Shown piece by piece: positions 37,001-50,000 of a stretch of DNA of 64,000 nt (position 1 is its first letter; each line of letters begins with the position of its first letter). The notes below the pieces were generated by a model. The model saw only the letters and a program-made list of their open reading frames with translations. It did not search any database and had not been told where the DNA came from. Source of the stretch: Tubulanus polymorphus (Eukaryota; Animalia; Nemertea); contig NC_134025.1 of NCBI RefSeq assembly GCF_964204645.1, positions 4,154,001-4,218,000 on the forward strand, given 5' to 3'. Position numbers and translations under genes: made by a program.

Positions 37001-37722
37001 CATATACACCTGTGACTATTACAAGGTAGAATGTATACTACACGTATAAATTATCTTTCAATGCTTACACGCGAAGATACATCTAAATTTGGAGATAATG
37101 ATGAAATGTTTTTGTGAAAATAAAATAAGTGCAACTTGGAATTAGAAGTCTTGACCACGGTACGTCCAACAATATTGATAAAATTTCAGATCGGAGGTTC
37201 TCGGATGTTACCAGTCCGTTGGATGTCACCGGAAAGTGTAAAATACGGTAAATTCACTACTGAATCTGATGTCTGGGCATACGGGGTCGTACTGTGGGAA
37301 ATATTCTCCTACGGAAAACAGCCTTATTATGGCCATACCAACGAAGAGGTGAGAACATGAATAAGAACTGAAAAACTATGATTGAAATCTAAATTATGAT
37401 AGATAGTAGTTTAACTACGTCTTGAGTCTAGAATTATAGCATTCGCCATACGTTCTGAGATGAAGTGTGATGTATTTTCAATTTCTCACATGTATACTTT
37501 AAGGTAGTTGTATTTATCGAGAATCACATACTGTTGTGTAAACCAGAAGGTTGTCCGTCAGCAATTTACGACATGATGCTTGAATGTTGGCATACAGATC
37601 CGGATGAAAGAATATCGTTTGTAGATATTCACAAACAGTTAGTTGATCACAGCAAACACATGGTGAAACAGATACACAAACGACGGGTCGTCGAGAATGG
37701 TCATTGTTCTATACCTGTATAG
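22040..37722 (+). CDS. Trk-like (TrkL-type) receptor tyrosine kinase with a small Cys-rich ectodomain
   Basis: Exons 22040-22082 (inferred first exon, phase-compatible, donor G|GTAAGT), 32521-32787, 32903-32991, 33623-34007, 35076-35237, 36585-36706, 36852-37025, 37190-37348, 37504-37722. [21 protein letters not shown] followed by KKR, NPTY motif, [55 protein letters not shown]. The kinase is secure; exon 1 is less so. Confidence 0.88.
34046..34737 (-). mobile_element. Decayed 5'-truncated CR1/L2-type LINE 3' fragment
   Basis: Minus-strand translation [82 protein letters not shown] resembles the post-RT C-terminus of CR1/L2-group ORF2. It is followed by a 3' UTR stem-loop, AATAAA and a (CATT)n tail. 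Confidence 0.85.
34119..34197. repeat. Perfect 37-bp inverted repeat with a 5-nt loop
   Basis: TACAGTAAATTATACCTGGAGGGGCCTGTAGAAACTA - AGAAA - TAGTTTCTACAGGCCCCTCCAGGTATAATTTACTGTA. Confidence 0.97.
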
Positions 37723-40001
37723 AGCAGAAATGTAATAAATAAAAACATATCCGAAAGAATGATTCTCACTGGAAATAATCGAAAAATGAACTGAAAAATA
37801 TTGTTGTTGATAACTAGACTGAGATGTTATATCATGTAAAAACGAATAAGTTTTTAATGTCATCGACACAAAGCAGCTTTTACAATACTCACAAATCGGC
37901 ATTGAATGACTTATATCATTGGGAAACATTCTTTCGCCTCCTTATGATGCAGAGAAGACTGTTTTCGTTTCGTCCGGACGCGAGACGTATATACAAATCA
38001 AAAAATTGTTCTCTTTACAAGAATGTACAATAACCAGAACAAAACGAAATTTCGAATTCTAGATGCATCATTAAACTGTCATATTTCGTATTTCGGAATG
38101 AAAGTAATTGGTTATTGTACACAAGGAGGTTAAATAGTTGGCTTCAAACGGGATCAAAATAGCCTGAAGACCTCTACTTATTAGAGGTCGAGGTGGTAAC
38201 ATTGCAGCATTTCTTATATATTATAATATTGATACATCGTGTTTTGTCCGTTATTGTGCGTTATCTGTGATTAGTGGAAGTATGTCTGTTACAAACTGCA
38301 CCAGAATCAAATCTGTAAATTTTTGCAAACATCTCTGGATTTTCCCGTATGAAACGTGGCAAATACAAGAACTTTCTAATTCGCAAATCTAAGGCATAAA
38401 TTCAAATATTCTAGAAGAAAACCAATTTTTTCACTATATTCACTTTCATTTTTCAACTACTGCATATTTCTTCATAAGAACAAAGTCAAACTTCTGAATC
38501 TATTAGGAAATATGATTGTATACAAAACTTTTTAAAATGATTTTATGTGTACAAGTAGTCGAGTTGTCTTGAATGGGTCTAACCCTGAATTGTTATTATT
38601 TCATAAAGATTTATATGAATTAAGTATTCATGATATGTATTTATCCACCGTTGAATAAATCATTGTCGGAATAAGTATAGGCCTATTCAACATATTCAAA
38701 GCCTGGGGTCACCTTGAAATTTTCAATTATTTTTTTCTTAATGTATGGGAAAAATCTTACTACTGAGACGAGGTTCTTCAAAGATAACTAAACAGTGTTG
38801 ATTTGTTTTCATTTATGTAAATGTTATCACGCATTATTGTATAGGTTAGGAATAGGCAGGAATGGTGACAATCTTTGTGTGTATAAAGATATGTGTAAAA
38901 ATGTAGACCTACTCAAAGCCAGAAATTATGGAGTATTTACGCGAAACCAGCCGTTATTCAATCAGCAAATTCTGAAAACTTCGTGAAATGCACATTCAGG
39001 GCATGTGACTGGGTTGGTTTGCGTACATGAATTTTAGTTCAAATCTAGATAAAGGTTGTGATATGTAAGATAGTTCAATGCGCGTTTATTCTTTAGTTGG
39101 AGTCTCAGCTCCATCAATTGTTAATGTGATACCCGATTACGGGAATTAATCTGAAAACACTTTACTGAAATACTCTGAACTCTTTAGAGATCTGACTAAT
39201 ACAAATACGTACATGACATCAAATGGCTCATTTTCATGACACGAACTTCATTCTTTGGGCAGAAGTCAAGAGTTCAGAATATTTTTTCGTCGCTCATTGG
39301 AGAAGAGTGGGGATAGATGGAATTGTGACATGTATCGGATTCATTCAAATCTAAAAGAATCTTCTTCAAAAATTCTGTAAACAGTCTTCAAATCCGAACT
39401 CAATTCTGATCGGTCCGCGGAAAACTGTCGTGATATGTAAAGAAAATATGTTTAAACTGTATATATGCACTGCGCATGTATGTTCTGCTTCTTGTGTTGT
39501 AGTCCATCGTTGGAAAAGGGAATTCAATAGCGACTGAACCAAAACTCTCAAGTCACCAAACATATGGAATTAGTTATTGGATTTTATAGGTGACTCTAAA
39601 AAAAATACTGATAGTGAATGACAATTGAATTGTCCAGTTTATCTTTAAATGTTGTACAGTAAAATAATATATATATATATAAATATGAGGAGGTTAACTA
39701 CTTGAGAATCCGTCATTCGTTGTCAGGTGAAATATAGAGACTTACGGACAAGCCAGTTATTTCGTGCAAAAATTTACAAACGTATTTTTTCAGTTTTATT
39801 CGATTTAAATCATTGCAATCATACACATCAAGTATTGATAAAGTTCGAGCCGAATTCAGCCAACTTATATAACCATGAATAGCATTGAGATACAGTATTG
39901 AATTAAAATATTCTTCAAATAACATTTCATGTTGCAATGTGTCATTATATACGACACTTCCAGCTACATAATTTCACACTAAAATCTATGAATGAAGTTA
40001 C

Positions 40002-40066
40002 GATTATCATTATCATTATCATTATTTTTATCATTATTATTATCATTATTATTATTATTATCATTA
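40002..40066. repeat. (ATT/ATC)n microsatellite
   Basis: About 21 imperfect trinucleotide units; source of the spurious poly-Ile ORF. Confidence 0.95.
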
Positions 40067-40217
40067 AAGGATATTTACATTGCATTCAAATTATCAGCTC
40101 TTTGATTTTTTTTTTCAGAAAGTGCAATGAGTAAAGCAAACCATGAGCTAAATTTACCTCTATATATCAGTAAAAAACATCACTCTTATCAGTTTACAAG
40201 TAAGAAATTGTCTTCGA

Positions 40218-43182
40218 TCAAGCATTTCTCTTCACAAGTTTTACCCTGAGTGGTTTTGTCGGGCGAATAAGACCACTTACATCTAAGTCAACCTTTCGCT
40301 GAAAAACATTACATATAATAGTACAATATCTGAACTTACATGATTATTGAAATATATTATTTATGAAAGACTTACCACAGTTTCAGCGCATTCGACAAAG
40401 CGATATTTCCTCAGAACAGACACAAGAGCCATCTTAGCTTCGAGTATCGCTAGTCGCATTCCAATACAGTTCCTCGGTCCCATACCAAATGGTATAAAAC
40501 TACAAGGATGCATGTTTTCTCTGTTCTCAGCTGAAAAACTGTAAGGAATACCATCAATGATATATGATTAGAATATTTACATGGATGATTAGGGAATTCA
40601 GGTTGAGAAGTTTGTGCAAGAAAAATAAGAATGTCTCAAGAAGAGCTTGAGATAGATGGCAGCTGTGTTTCCTGTGCATGACTTCTTTATTTCCGAGTTC
40701 ACGATAGTTCTTGTAATTAGAAAACAGAAAATAGTATCGAAGTGAATAAATATGGTCTATATCATACCGTTCTGGTTTGAAGGATTCTGGATCTTCCCAA
40801 ATATCAGGATCACGATGAATTGCATACACGGGCACAGTGACATCGATACCTTTTTCAAAAAGAACTCCGTCTATTTCTGTTGTCTCGTTACAAATTCTAT
40901 CAAATCTGAAACCAGCAGAAATATCAAAATTACCTTTAATTCTAACATCAAATATACATATATTGCAATTCTCGACGTTTAGATATTTTATGATTTGTGT
41001 CTCTACCTCAAAGCTGGAGGAAACAGCCTCAGAGTCTCATTTATCACCATTTCCATATATTCCAATTTTCCAACATTGTCGTATGTAAGTTCCTATAATT
41101 CATTCATCGCTTTATTTTACTTGCACAAGATTTCATGGCTAGCACGTGTTAATATACTTACATCATCATAACCAATCTTCTCTTCAAATTCCTCGCATAG
41201 TTTCTCCTGTTCGGTGGGATTCAGTGCCAGGTTATATGCCGCAAATGAAAGCAGTGACGCAGTTGTATCGAAACCAGCCAAAAAGAATAAGACTGACTGA
41301 GCAATGATTTCATCATTTAGAAGACCTGTAACAAAATGATTTAGTTAGTAACATCTTGGAGTAATCATTTGGAGTAGTCAATAAATGATTACTCCATTAC
41401 TCCATCCACTCATCAGGATTCAGTTTCAGTGCCAAATGAACGTAAAAGCAGTTGTATCAAACCAGCCATAACGAATCTTATTGACTGATCCACAGGAGAC
41501 CTCGTATCAAAATGACCAAACCTCGAAAATCTCCATTTTTGTATTGATGAAAATAGCTTGAAAATTGTGTACCTTTCGTAGACCATTTGAAAGATTCTGT
41601 TTTTCGATCACATTCTGATTCGCTTACTCTAGAGCGAACCATTAGCTGAAGGAAGTCAACGTATTTCTGAAATCAATTTCAAGTAAAAGGAAATGTTCAT
41701 CGCTATCTAAATCAAGCATTATCTATACGTTTACGTAGTATATTTGATACGTACATCATCTTTAGATTTTGCTCGTTCATCGAGTGCTTGTTGACATACA
41801 TTATCAAAGAAGGCAGTTGATGACTTGGGAAACAAACCCCATCCGAGTTTACTGAGCAGAGTAAGAAGTGGTGGACATATCACTGAAATGATACATACAA
41901 TTGAGTATTTCAGAGATACGTTTGACGCCTAAAAACCAGACACGTTCGTAGGTTTCAGCCATGTTTTCATACATGCAATGATCAAAATGGGACTGCGAAA
42001 TGACAGCTTGAAAAAATCGCCAGCTTTTCTCACAAATTCATTATCTGTGTCGTTTTCTGAATCTACATCAATTCCGAATAATGTGGAACCAACAACGTCC
42101 ATAGTGTAAGAATTAAATACCCTATAAAAAACCATAAGGAAAAATCAAACCAAAACGAAACCAGTAAATTCAAATTAGCAGTTTCTCGAGTATAACTAGA
42201 ATCATTTAAATTTCTTATACAATATGAATATCCATACTCTTTTGGGCTAATAACTGTGTCAACCTTCCGTTCCATATTCTTAGTCAGTCGTTGACAGCAA
42301 TCATTTATGAGTACACTCATCTGAAAATTTCATTTCGAAATACATAGATTAACCACTCTCTCCTCAAACGATAAATCTAAGCTGTTTTCATTGAAATAGA
42401 AATTGTTCGTACCTTCCTAAGTTTTCCACTACTAAATGTAGGTGTAAGGGCCCCTCTCACATGTTTCCAATGATCATCAATTATAACAGTCAATCCTTTT
42501 TGAAAAACTGGATTAGAGGTCCTAAATAATCGCTGTAAAATGTTCTCATTTAATTTCATCCATACATACATATTCAATAAAACGAATATTTTGATTTATT
42601 ACTTTACCAGTCTATTTGTAAAACTTGCGGATTCTTTCACAAGAATTTTCTTCAATAAATCCAAATCACAAGGAAATATCATTTTCAAATTGAATGACAA
42701 GGCCCTGCAAATAATGAAATGTGGACGTTTGGACAGGCATATTGATACATTTGTTTAATACTCGAATTGTTTGCTTACCCAAACACTCTCTTGTGTTTAA
42801 AGCGATTGTAGTTTTTCCGATCAAACTCATGTATACCCTATAGATAGAAAATATATGAGTCTTCAGATATATTTTTATTGTATAATATCAAATATGTATC
42901 CGAATTGTTCATAAATACTTACCTTTGTTAATGCTTCGTAGTGACCTATACCAGGCAATAAAGCAGACGGCATTTCAATCCCGAGAGATTTAAAATATGA
43001 CAACGGCATTATTCCATACCTTCAGTTATACGAATTAGAAAAAAATATACATACGTCAAACTTTAAACTCAATTGGAAATGATTAAGATACAAACATTAA
43101 ATATTTACCTATAAGTCAACAAGCTGATGATTAAAGTTACAATTATGATCCATATTGGAAAATCAACGCCGAAAAGTAACAT
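40218..43182 (-). CDS. Cytochrome P450, CYP3 clan (CYP3A-like), multi-exon
   Basis: N-terminal anchor MLLFGVDFPIWIIIVTLIISLL, WKHVRGALTPTFSSGKLRK, YTMDVVGSTLFG, I-helix FFLAGFDTT, ETLR, IHRDPDIWEDPESFKPERF, heme motif PFGMGPRNCIG; stop at 40218. Confidence 0.95.
41416..41515 (-). pseudogene. Decayed intronic duplicate (pseudo-exon) of the P450 I-helix exon
   Basis: GCAGTTGTATCAAACCAGCCATAACGAAT mirrors the exon's GCAGTTGTATCGAAACCAGCCAAAAAGAAT; GGATTCAGT, TGACTGA and GACCT..CAAAATGA blocks are also colinear with 41217-41339. Confidence 0.75.
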
Positions 43183-44705
43183 TTTGAATACTTAACAGTT
43201 CATTCGCTAGTATTGTATCAAAAATACTAATTGTATATATAACAGATATCAAAAATCCGTGTACGTGAATAGACCTATATGAAATCACTAATATGTCAGA
43301 CACTCGCGCGACTAAAACTAGTTCCAATCTTTATTTCGTCAGAAAGAGGTCAGCAATTGGGACAAACTTCAGTATGCACGTCAATTGTTATTGACGCACT
43401 GCAGTAACAGTTGGGGGTAAAGCATGAAATACAAAATGTATATCCCTCGGAAATCAGCCGCTCTATTACTGATTTTCTCCTCAGTTCACACAAAAATACT
43501 TAACAGACCCCTGATTCGTTTAATGGTGGGGGGGGATATGCGTAGATCGACAATCATGGGATTGTCCAAAAATGAAATGAAATAGCCTCAGAACATCCCC
43601 AAATCACTTTTAAACTGGTGCCTGAAAGTTTCTCTTCGGGAATATCAACAAAAATATCCAAAAGTACTATAACATTGTTTTATTTTATTAGTGTGTATAA
43701 TCAACAATATATGATTAATAAACAAATGGACTATTATGGACTGAATACAATATGTGATAAGAAAACAATCAATCAATCAATATAAATCATCTGTCAATCA
43801 AAAACTATATAGTCACATCTCACAATCAGTAACAAACAAATCGATTGGATAACAATACATGAAAACAATACATATACATTTCTGAATATCATATTTGATT
43901 GTCAATGAATACATGATAAAGAAGTGAATCTCATCATTTGCTTCATCTATGTAGATTAGTATAATCACACCACACTACTGATTATCTTCATTAAATGAAT
44001 TTGTGTAACAACTTTGAAATTCAAAAGTGGAAATATTGAGAAACGATAAAATGCATGTTATGATCATATATCCAATCACTACATCTGCCTTAGTTATGAA
44101 GTGAATGGGGGAACAAATTCCGGAATGTGACAAAAACTAAGTATTTCACTACAATGACTGACAATTACTGAGACAAATCTGGCAAAGTCCAGAGTAGCAC
44201 CAATTATGCAATTTCTCTAACATGAATAAGCCAACAAGCGTGTAGTACAAATATCACATCGGTTTTTGGAACGGATATTGTAATTTAACTCCTCATTTTG
44301 ATCGATTGATAATCAAAAATAAAGATAAATCACCAGTGCTGTAAATACAACAAGTGTTAAGTACAAGATAACCTACAAAATGTGTTCTGAAAAGTTTCAC
44401 ACAACCAGCAGTTTGCAGCTTTCACATAAAATACATCAATGTGGAATGCATATCCAAGATATCCATAGAGAAGATATCAAGAGAATTGTTAAAATCTTTA
44501 GATATAAAAGGCAGATTTCTATGAAAATGGAAGAATGATAAATTGATTTGTGTATTGGTTCAGTTCAACAGTAAAAGGTACTTGGCCTTCTGATAAGGAA
44601 ACTGGTATCTTGTTACAGTAGCTTGTAATGCTTATTCGCTTACATAGTTGCATGCATATCATAGTAAATATTATCTGTTATCTGAATACAGTGATATAAA
44701 TGCTT

Positions 44706-46664
44706 CTAGAGGAATGTTACCTCATCCTCTTCATTAATGTATTGCAATTCCAAATTTTGCGTTTTGAGTTCAGGCATTTTCAACTCGGCATCGATGAACA
44801 CATTATCATCGCTACCGTAAGTAGATTTCCCCATTTTGTGCGAATATGTGACAAAATCCGTCCCTGAGAGTTCAGTTGCAAGTTTTTCCGTTCCCTCACT
44901 AAAACTTGCCGATTTTACTAACGAAGCTGTAACTTCTAAATAATTCTGGCTATCAACCGAACTGTTCGATGATAAGGATTCAGGTCGAGCAGATTTCACT
45001 TTCTGTTCATAAGATTTGCTGAGATTTCGATTCAATATTCTAGTGGGAAAGTCTTCATCGATGTTTTTCTTGACTAAACACGGACTGCTGCCTCCGCGTC
45101 TCATCTGTTGATTCGATGTGTTTAAAAATTGCCGTCGTTTCGTTAGCGGTGAAGCCGAGAGTGCAGGTGAACTCAGTAGAGGTATTCGCGGCGAGCGATG
45201 GCCTTGCATGTTAGTTATGTTCCCTAAACTCATCGACGCGCACAGACGGCCCTGGATAGGAACGATGTCACTACCGAGTTCAGCAGAGAATTCACTAAAA
45301 CTACTGAGAGATGTGCTGTCTCCACTCCATGAACTATCAAAAGAACTATAACTTTCCCCTAGTTGGTTATTCATTGATCCGTGGTCTTTTCTATTATAAC
45401 AAACTGCAAAACATCGAAAGATTTGAACATTTCATACGATTCATGAATCTAGTAAATACACGCACAGTGAAACAAATACAAATAACCATTTAACTCACCT
45501 TCTAGGATTCTTTTTTCTTTTCTTTCAAGTTCTTTCAATTCTTTCATCTTGTCATCCATTATTTTCTTAAGTTATAATAAATATTTATTTGGTTTGAGTA
45601 TATCGCTTACTGACAGGATACTGCATTAATCATGGCAGAGTTGGTTATCATACAATTTTGTCTTACGTGTTAAGAGATTCTACCAGAATAGAGACAACTT
45701 ACTTTTAATTTTAGATATCGCCTGTGGAGGTCAACCTTTCTTACACAGTCTTCAAATAAAACAACCATTCTGTAAATGGAGAAAGTCTCTTATGACGCAA
45801 AAATGAAATGGCGAAAGCTGTGGAGGCCACAAAATAACTATCGATATTACATGCACCTCATTTGTTCTTCGCAATGTTTGATAGCTTGAACTAGAGTTTC
45901 ATGATCTGCACTTTCCATACTTTTACCATTAATCGCCAGTATTACATCTCCTAAATTGAAAAAAAAGATAGAGAGACCAAAATAACAAGGGTTATACCAG
46001 CAGTAGTAATATCAATCATTAAGTGAATATATACCTGGTCTCATACCAGCAACATGAGCTGCCCCTAAAAATTCTACATAATCCACAAACGTAAATACTT
46101 CAAGAGTATTAGTGTCTTTCTGATGAATTCCATAAGTCTGAAAATTTAAGATAAAAATCATGTGAGAATGAACTCACCCTTAAGATACAAGTTGTTATAG
46201 ATTTCACAGGAATTTATATGGCCTACCTGCAACGTAAAACCCCAAGAATCATCCTTTTTGTTCAGCGCAATGGCTCGTCGATTTCTATTGTGACTAGGAT
46301 CACTAGAAGCTACTTTGTAGTCATCAAAACTGTCTTCAAGATCTCCTGTAAATGATCCAGAATTCCGGACATCGTCATCTACTACTACACTACTACTACT
46401 ACTAGAAGCAGACAGGGTTTTCACTTTCTGAAAAACAAGACATATTCAAAAATACATACATTTTGAAATCATTTTTAAAGATTAATGTCTGGAGGGGCAG
46501 GCTTCTAGATTCCAAACAAGCTCTACCATGGCTCCCCAACCATAATCCCGACGGGGGTGTGTATTTCATGAATCATGTTGTGAAGAAGATCGACCTGGCC
46601 TGCTAACCTTTTTCAGTTTTTTTCTCAGGTTTATAGTCGCTGCACTGTCAGTAGTGTCACCCAT
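44706..46664 (-). CDS. Tamalin/GRASP - CYTIP family PDZ scaffold protein
   Basis: First exon 46608-46664 ([10 protein letters not shown]); PDZ SWGFTLQTYGIH...[27 protein letters not shown]; coiled coil [34 protein letters not shown]; Ser-rich tail ending in a class I PDZ ligand EEDEVTFL. Confidence 0.85.
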
Positions 46665-47055
46665 CCTAATGATTTTATTATCTTATCTCATATATAGCTA
46701 GGTGACCATTTTAAGGCTTGTTCAAAGGACTGTCCGAAAATAATTCACACTTTAAGTTGAGCAATTATTAGAAATTCAGGGATTTCTCAAGAACCCGGAA
46801 ATGAATATTGTTGTTACTGCGGCAATCGAGGAATCACTACTTTTATCAAATAAATCTATTATCGAATATATATGACATTAAACCAGAGGTATTTGACTGA
46901 AAATATTGATATAAAATTTACCAAAATATGAATATTAGATTTTGAGTTGAAGGTGGTGAAACATTTCTCCATAATCTCAAGGTCGTTGGGTACTGTGTTA
47001 ATGGATGAGGTGGCAGTGAAATTTTGTTCACTACCAATTCTTTATCTGATTAAAA

Positions 47056-50000
47056 ATGTGGTCGTTTTTTACAAGAGATCCTACGAAAGATTTTAATTAT
47101 GAAATTGGGGAAAGAGTGTCAGGACTGGATGATAAATCTATCTGGAGTCTACACGAAGGGAAAAGAAGGGTAAAGTCATCCATAAGTAGTCTGTACACAA
47201 AACGTTTACACTACAACAGTGTGACGTTTCCGTATTGAAACCCATTTGAATCATCATTTGAAAATGGTTATGTTTCGATTGATTTCACAGAGTGACGGGG
47301 AGCAGGTTTCAATATTTGTATTTGATGCGAAGAATGGCAGTGAGTCCACGGTTAGTATTCCACTTCCATTTGACCAGACCATGCAGGCCTATGTCTTTCT
47401 AGATAGTCATGCCATTCACTAAATCAAATAATTCCTCATACAGGAATGATATTGGTATAGATTGATGTTTAGGTCAGGAGTGAAGGCTTGTGGAGGATAG
47501 TAAAAGTATCCCCTTGAAAATTTTCTTATCGCTCAAATAGGCTATTCACCTGTACCGTTTATCATCAATATTCCAGCTGAATGTAGCGAAGCAGTCTTTC
47601 AAGAGAATCAAGACTTTACGTCATCCAAATATTCTGACGTACTTAGATGGACTTGAGGTAAATTAAATCATATTCTTCTAGCGCGTCGATTACTATAAAG
47701 TATCGCTCAATGCCACATGAATATTTTATTTCTAGACTGAAAAAGTGTTATACATTGTCACAGAGGTTGTCATTCCTCTTGAGACATATCTTACTTTGCA
47801 CAAAGACGATGGAAGTGAGAATGAAGTTGCGATATCTTGGGGACTTCATCAGATTGCTGTATGTATTGAAATCCATATTATTTTCCTTCAAATTGAACAG
47901 ACTTGGTACCAGTTGTCAGAATCAGAGAAATTTATAATATTTCATTGGTATATGATGTTAAAATCATTTACTTAGTAAGGCTGATTGAACCGTATGGGAG
48001 TTAATTGAGTTTTGAAATTTTTGTCTCATTTTGAATTTCAGAAAGGTTTGAGTTTTCTGATTAATGATTGTAAGTTTATTCACAATAATGTGTGCATTTC
48101 TTCTGTGATGGTTGATCGAGCCGGTGAATGGAAACTAGCTGGTGTTGACTATATCCAAACTGCTCAAAGCAACGAACCAATACCTCCTAAACCTCCAGCT
48201 CTTGATAAATACAAACCTCCTGAAACATCTAATCCGAGAACAGTACCTTCAGAAAAATGGTAAATTTTACTCTCTTGTTTGGTGAGTGTTTCCAAATTGT
48301 CATACATGTATTCTGTAGTGTAAAGCATTTAATTTCAGGTCAGCAGATATGTGGGGGCTTGGTTGTCTCATTTGGGAAGTATTTAATGGAACTCTTCCGA
48401 GGACAGCATCTCTAAAACAGATGGGAACTATTCCCAAGAAGCTGGTACCAAACTATTGCGAACTAGTTGGCGCAAATCCGAAATCTCGACCAAATCCTTC
48501 GAAATTCTTGGAGGACTGTTGTCGACCTGGTCGCTTTCTGAACAATGATTTCATTAAAACAATGTTGTTTTTAGAGGAAATCCAGGTAAAAACCATCAAA
48601 ATCATGGACTTTTGATTCATGAATCTGTGAACAGTACTGTTGACTTAAATTGCTATTTCAGATTAAAGATCAGAATGAGAAGATGAAATTTTTCAGTAGT
48701 TTACCCAAATCACTAGACACATTCCCACAGACTTTCTGCAAACATAAAATCCTGCCTCAGTTGCTCAATGCTTTCGAATATGGTAATGCTGGATCTGCGG
48801 TACTTACACCATTATTTAAGGTAAGACATTATTTAAGGTAAACTTGAATGAAACCAAAACCTTCTTTGTCTTTTGAGGCCAGAATGTTCTAATGGGAAAT
48901 TTAAACCTTGTGTTTTAGATTGGAAAGTATTTGGAGACCGATGAATATCAGAAGAAGATAGTTCCTTGCGTTGTGAAATTATTTTCATCGCCAGACCGAG
49001 CTACACGAGTTAAACTACTGCAACAGGTAATTCATTAGTTATTTTAAGTTATATCTAATTAGTGAATCAAATTCTTTGATAATTCTCAATGATTTTAGGT
49101 TGAACACTTTGTGGAACATCTAGATATTGCAACTGTCAATAATCAAATTTTTCCGCATGTTGTGCAAGGTTTTCTGGATACAAATCCTGTCGTAAGGGAA
49201 CATACAATAAAGGTTTGTGGTTCTTCTTACGTATTGAAATTGTTTACGGTTTGAAATAGTTAAGAATTAATAATCAGCATCTTATTTTAACAACATGATT
49301 TTTCAGGCAATGATGCATTTAGCCTCAAAACTGAACCATAAAAACCTAAATGAGGAATTGATGAAACATTTTGCGAGGTAAGAAGCATAAATGTAGATAG
49401 CATGAAACCAAGAACTAAAATCATGTGTTTTCAGTGACTAATTATGATTTTCTTTCATGCAGACTGCAGGCAAAAGATGATCAAGGTGGTATTCGAACTA
49501 ATACAACTGTATGCCTTGGAAAAATAGCTACCTATCTTTATCCCCAGGTAAGCATACATACATACATTCAAAACATATCCATCAATTCATCAGTTCATGT
49601 TGATGTTAATGAGTGGTTTTTTTTTCAGAATCGATCAAAGATCTTAATATCAGCATTCACACGCGCGATCAGAGATCCATTTCCTCCAGCTCGACAAGCT
49701 GGTGTACTAGCCATGGCAGCAACACATAATCTATATACTTTACAAGATTGCGCTTCAAAACTATTACCAGCATTGTGTTGTTTAAGTATGGATCTGGATA
49801 AGGGCGTGAGGGATCAGGTATATATTGATTTTGTTTATTCTTTCAGTCACGTTAGATACTGTAAGTTTTATGACTTATTTTGAATTGACAGGTCTTTAGA
49901 ACTATTAAATGTTTCTTGAGCAAACTGGAAAAAGTATCAGAACAACCAGAACTTGTGCAAGAGATGGGTGAGGATATTGAATTGTTTGTGAATTCAGTAT

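Noticed and set aside
39937-40134. Poly-Ile hydrophobic ORF
   Set aside because: Translation of an ATT/ATC microsatellite.
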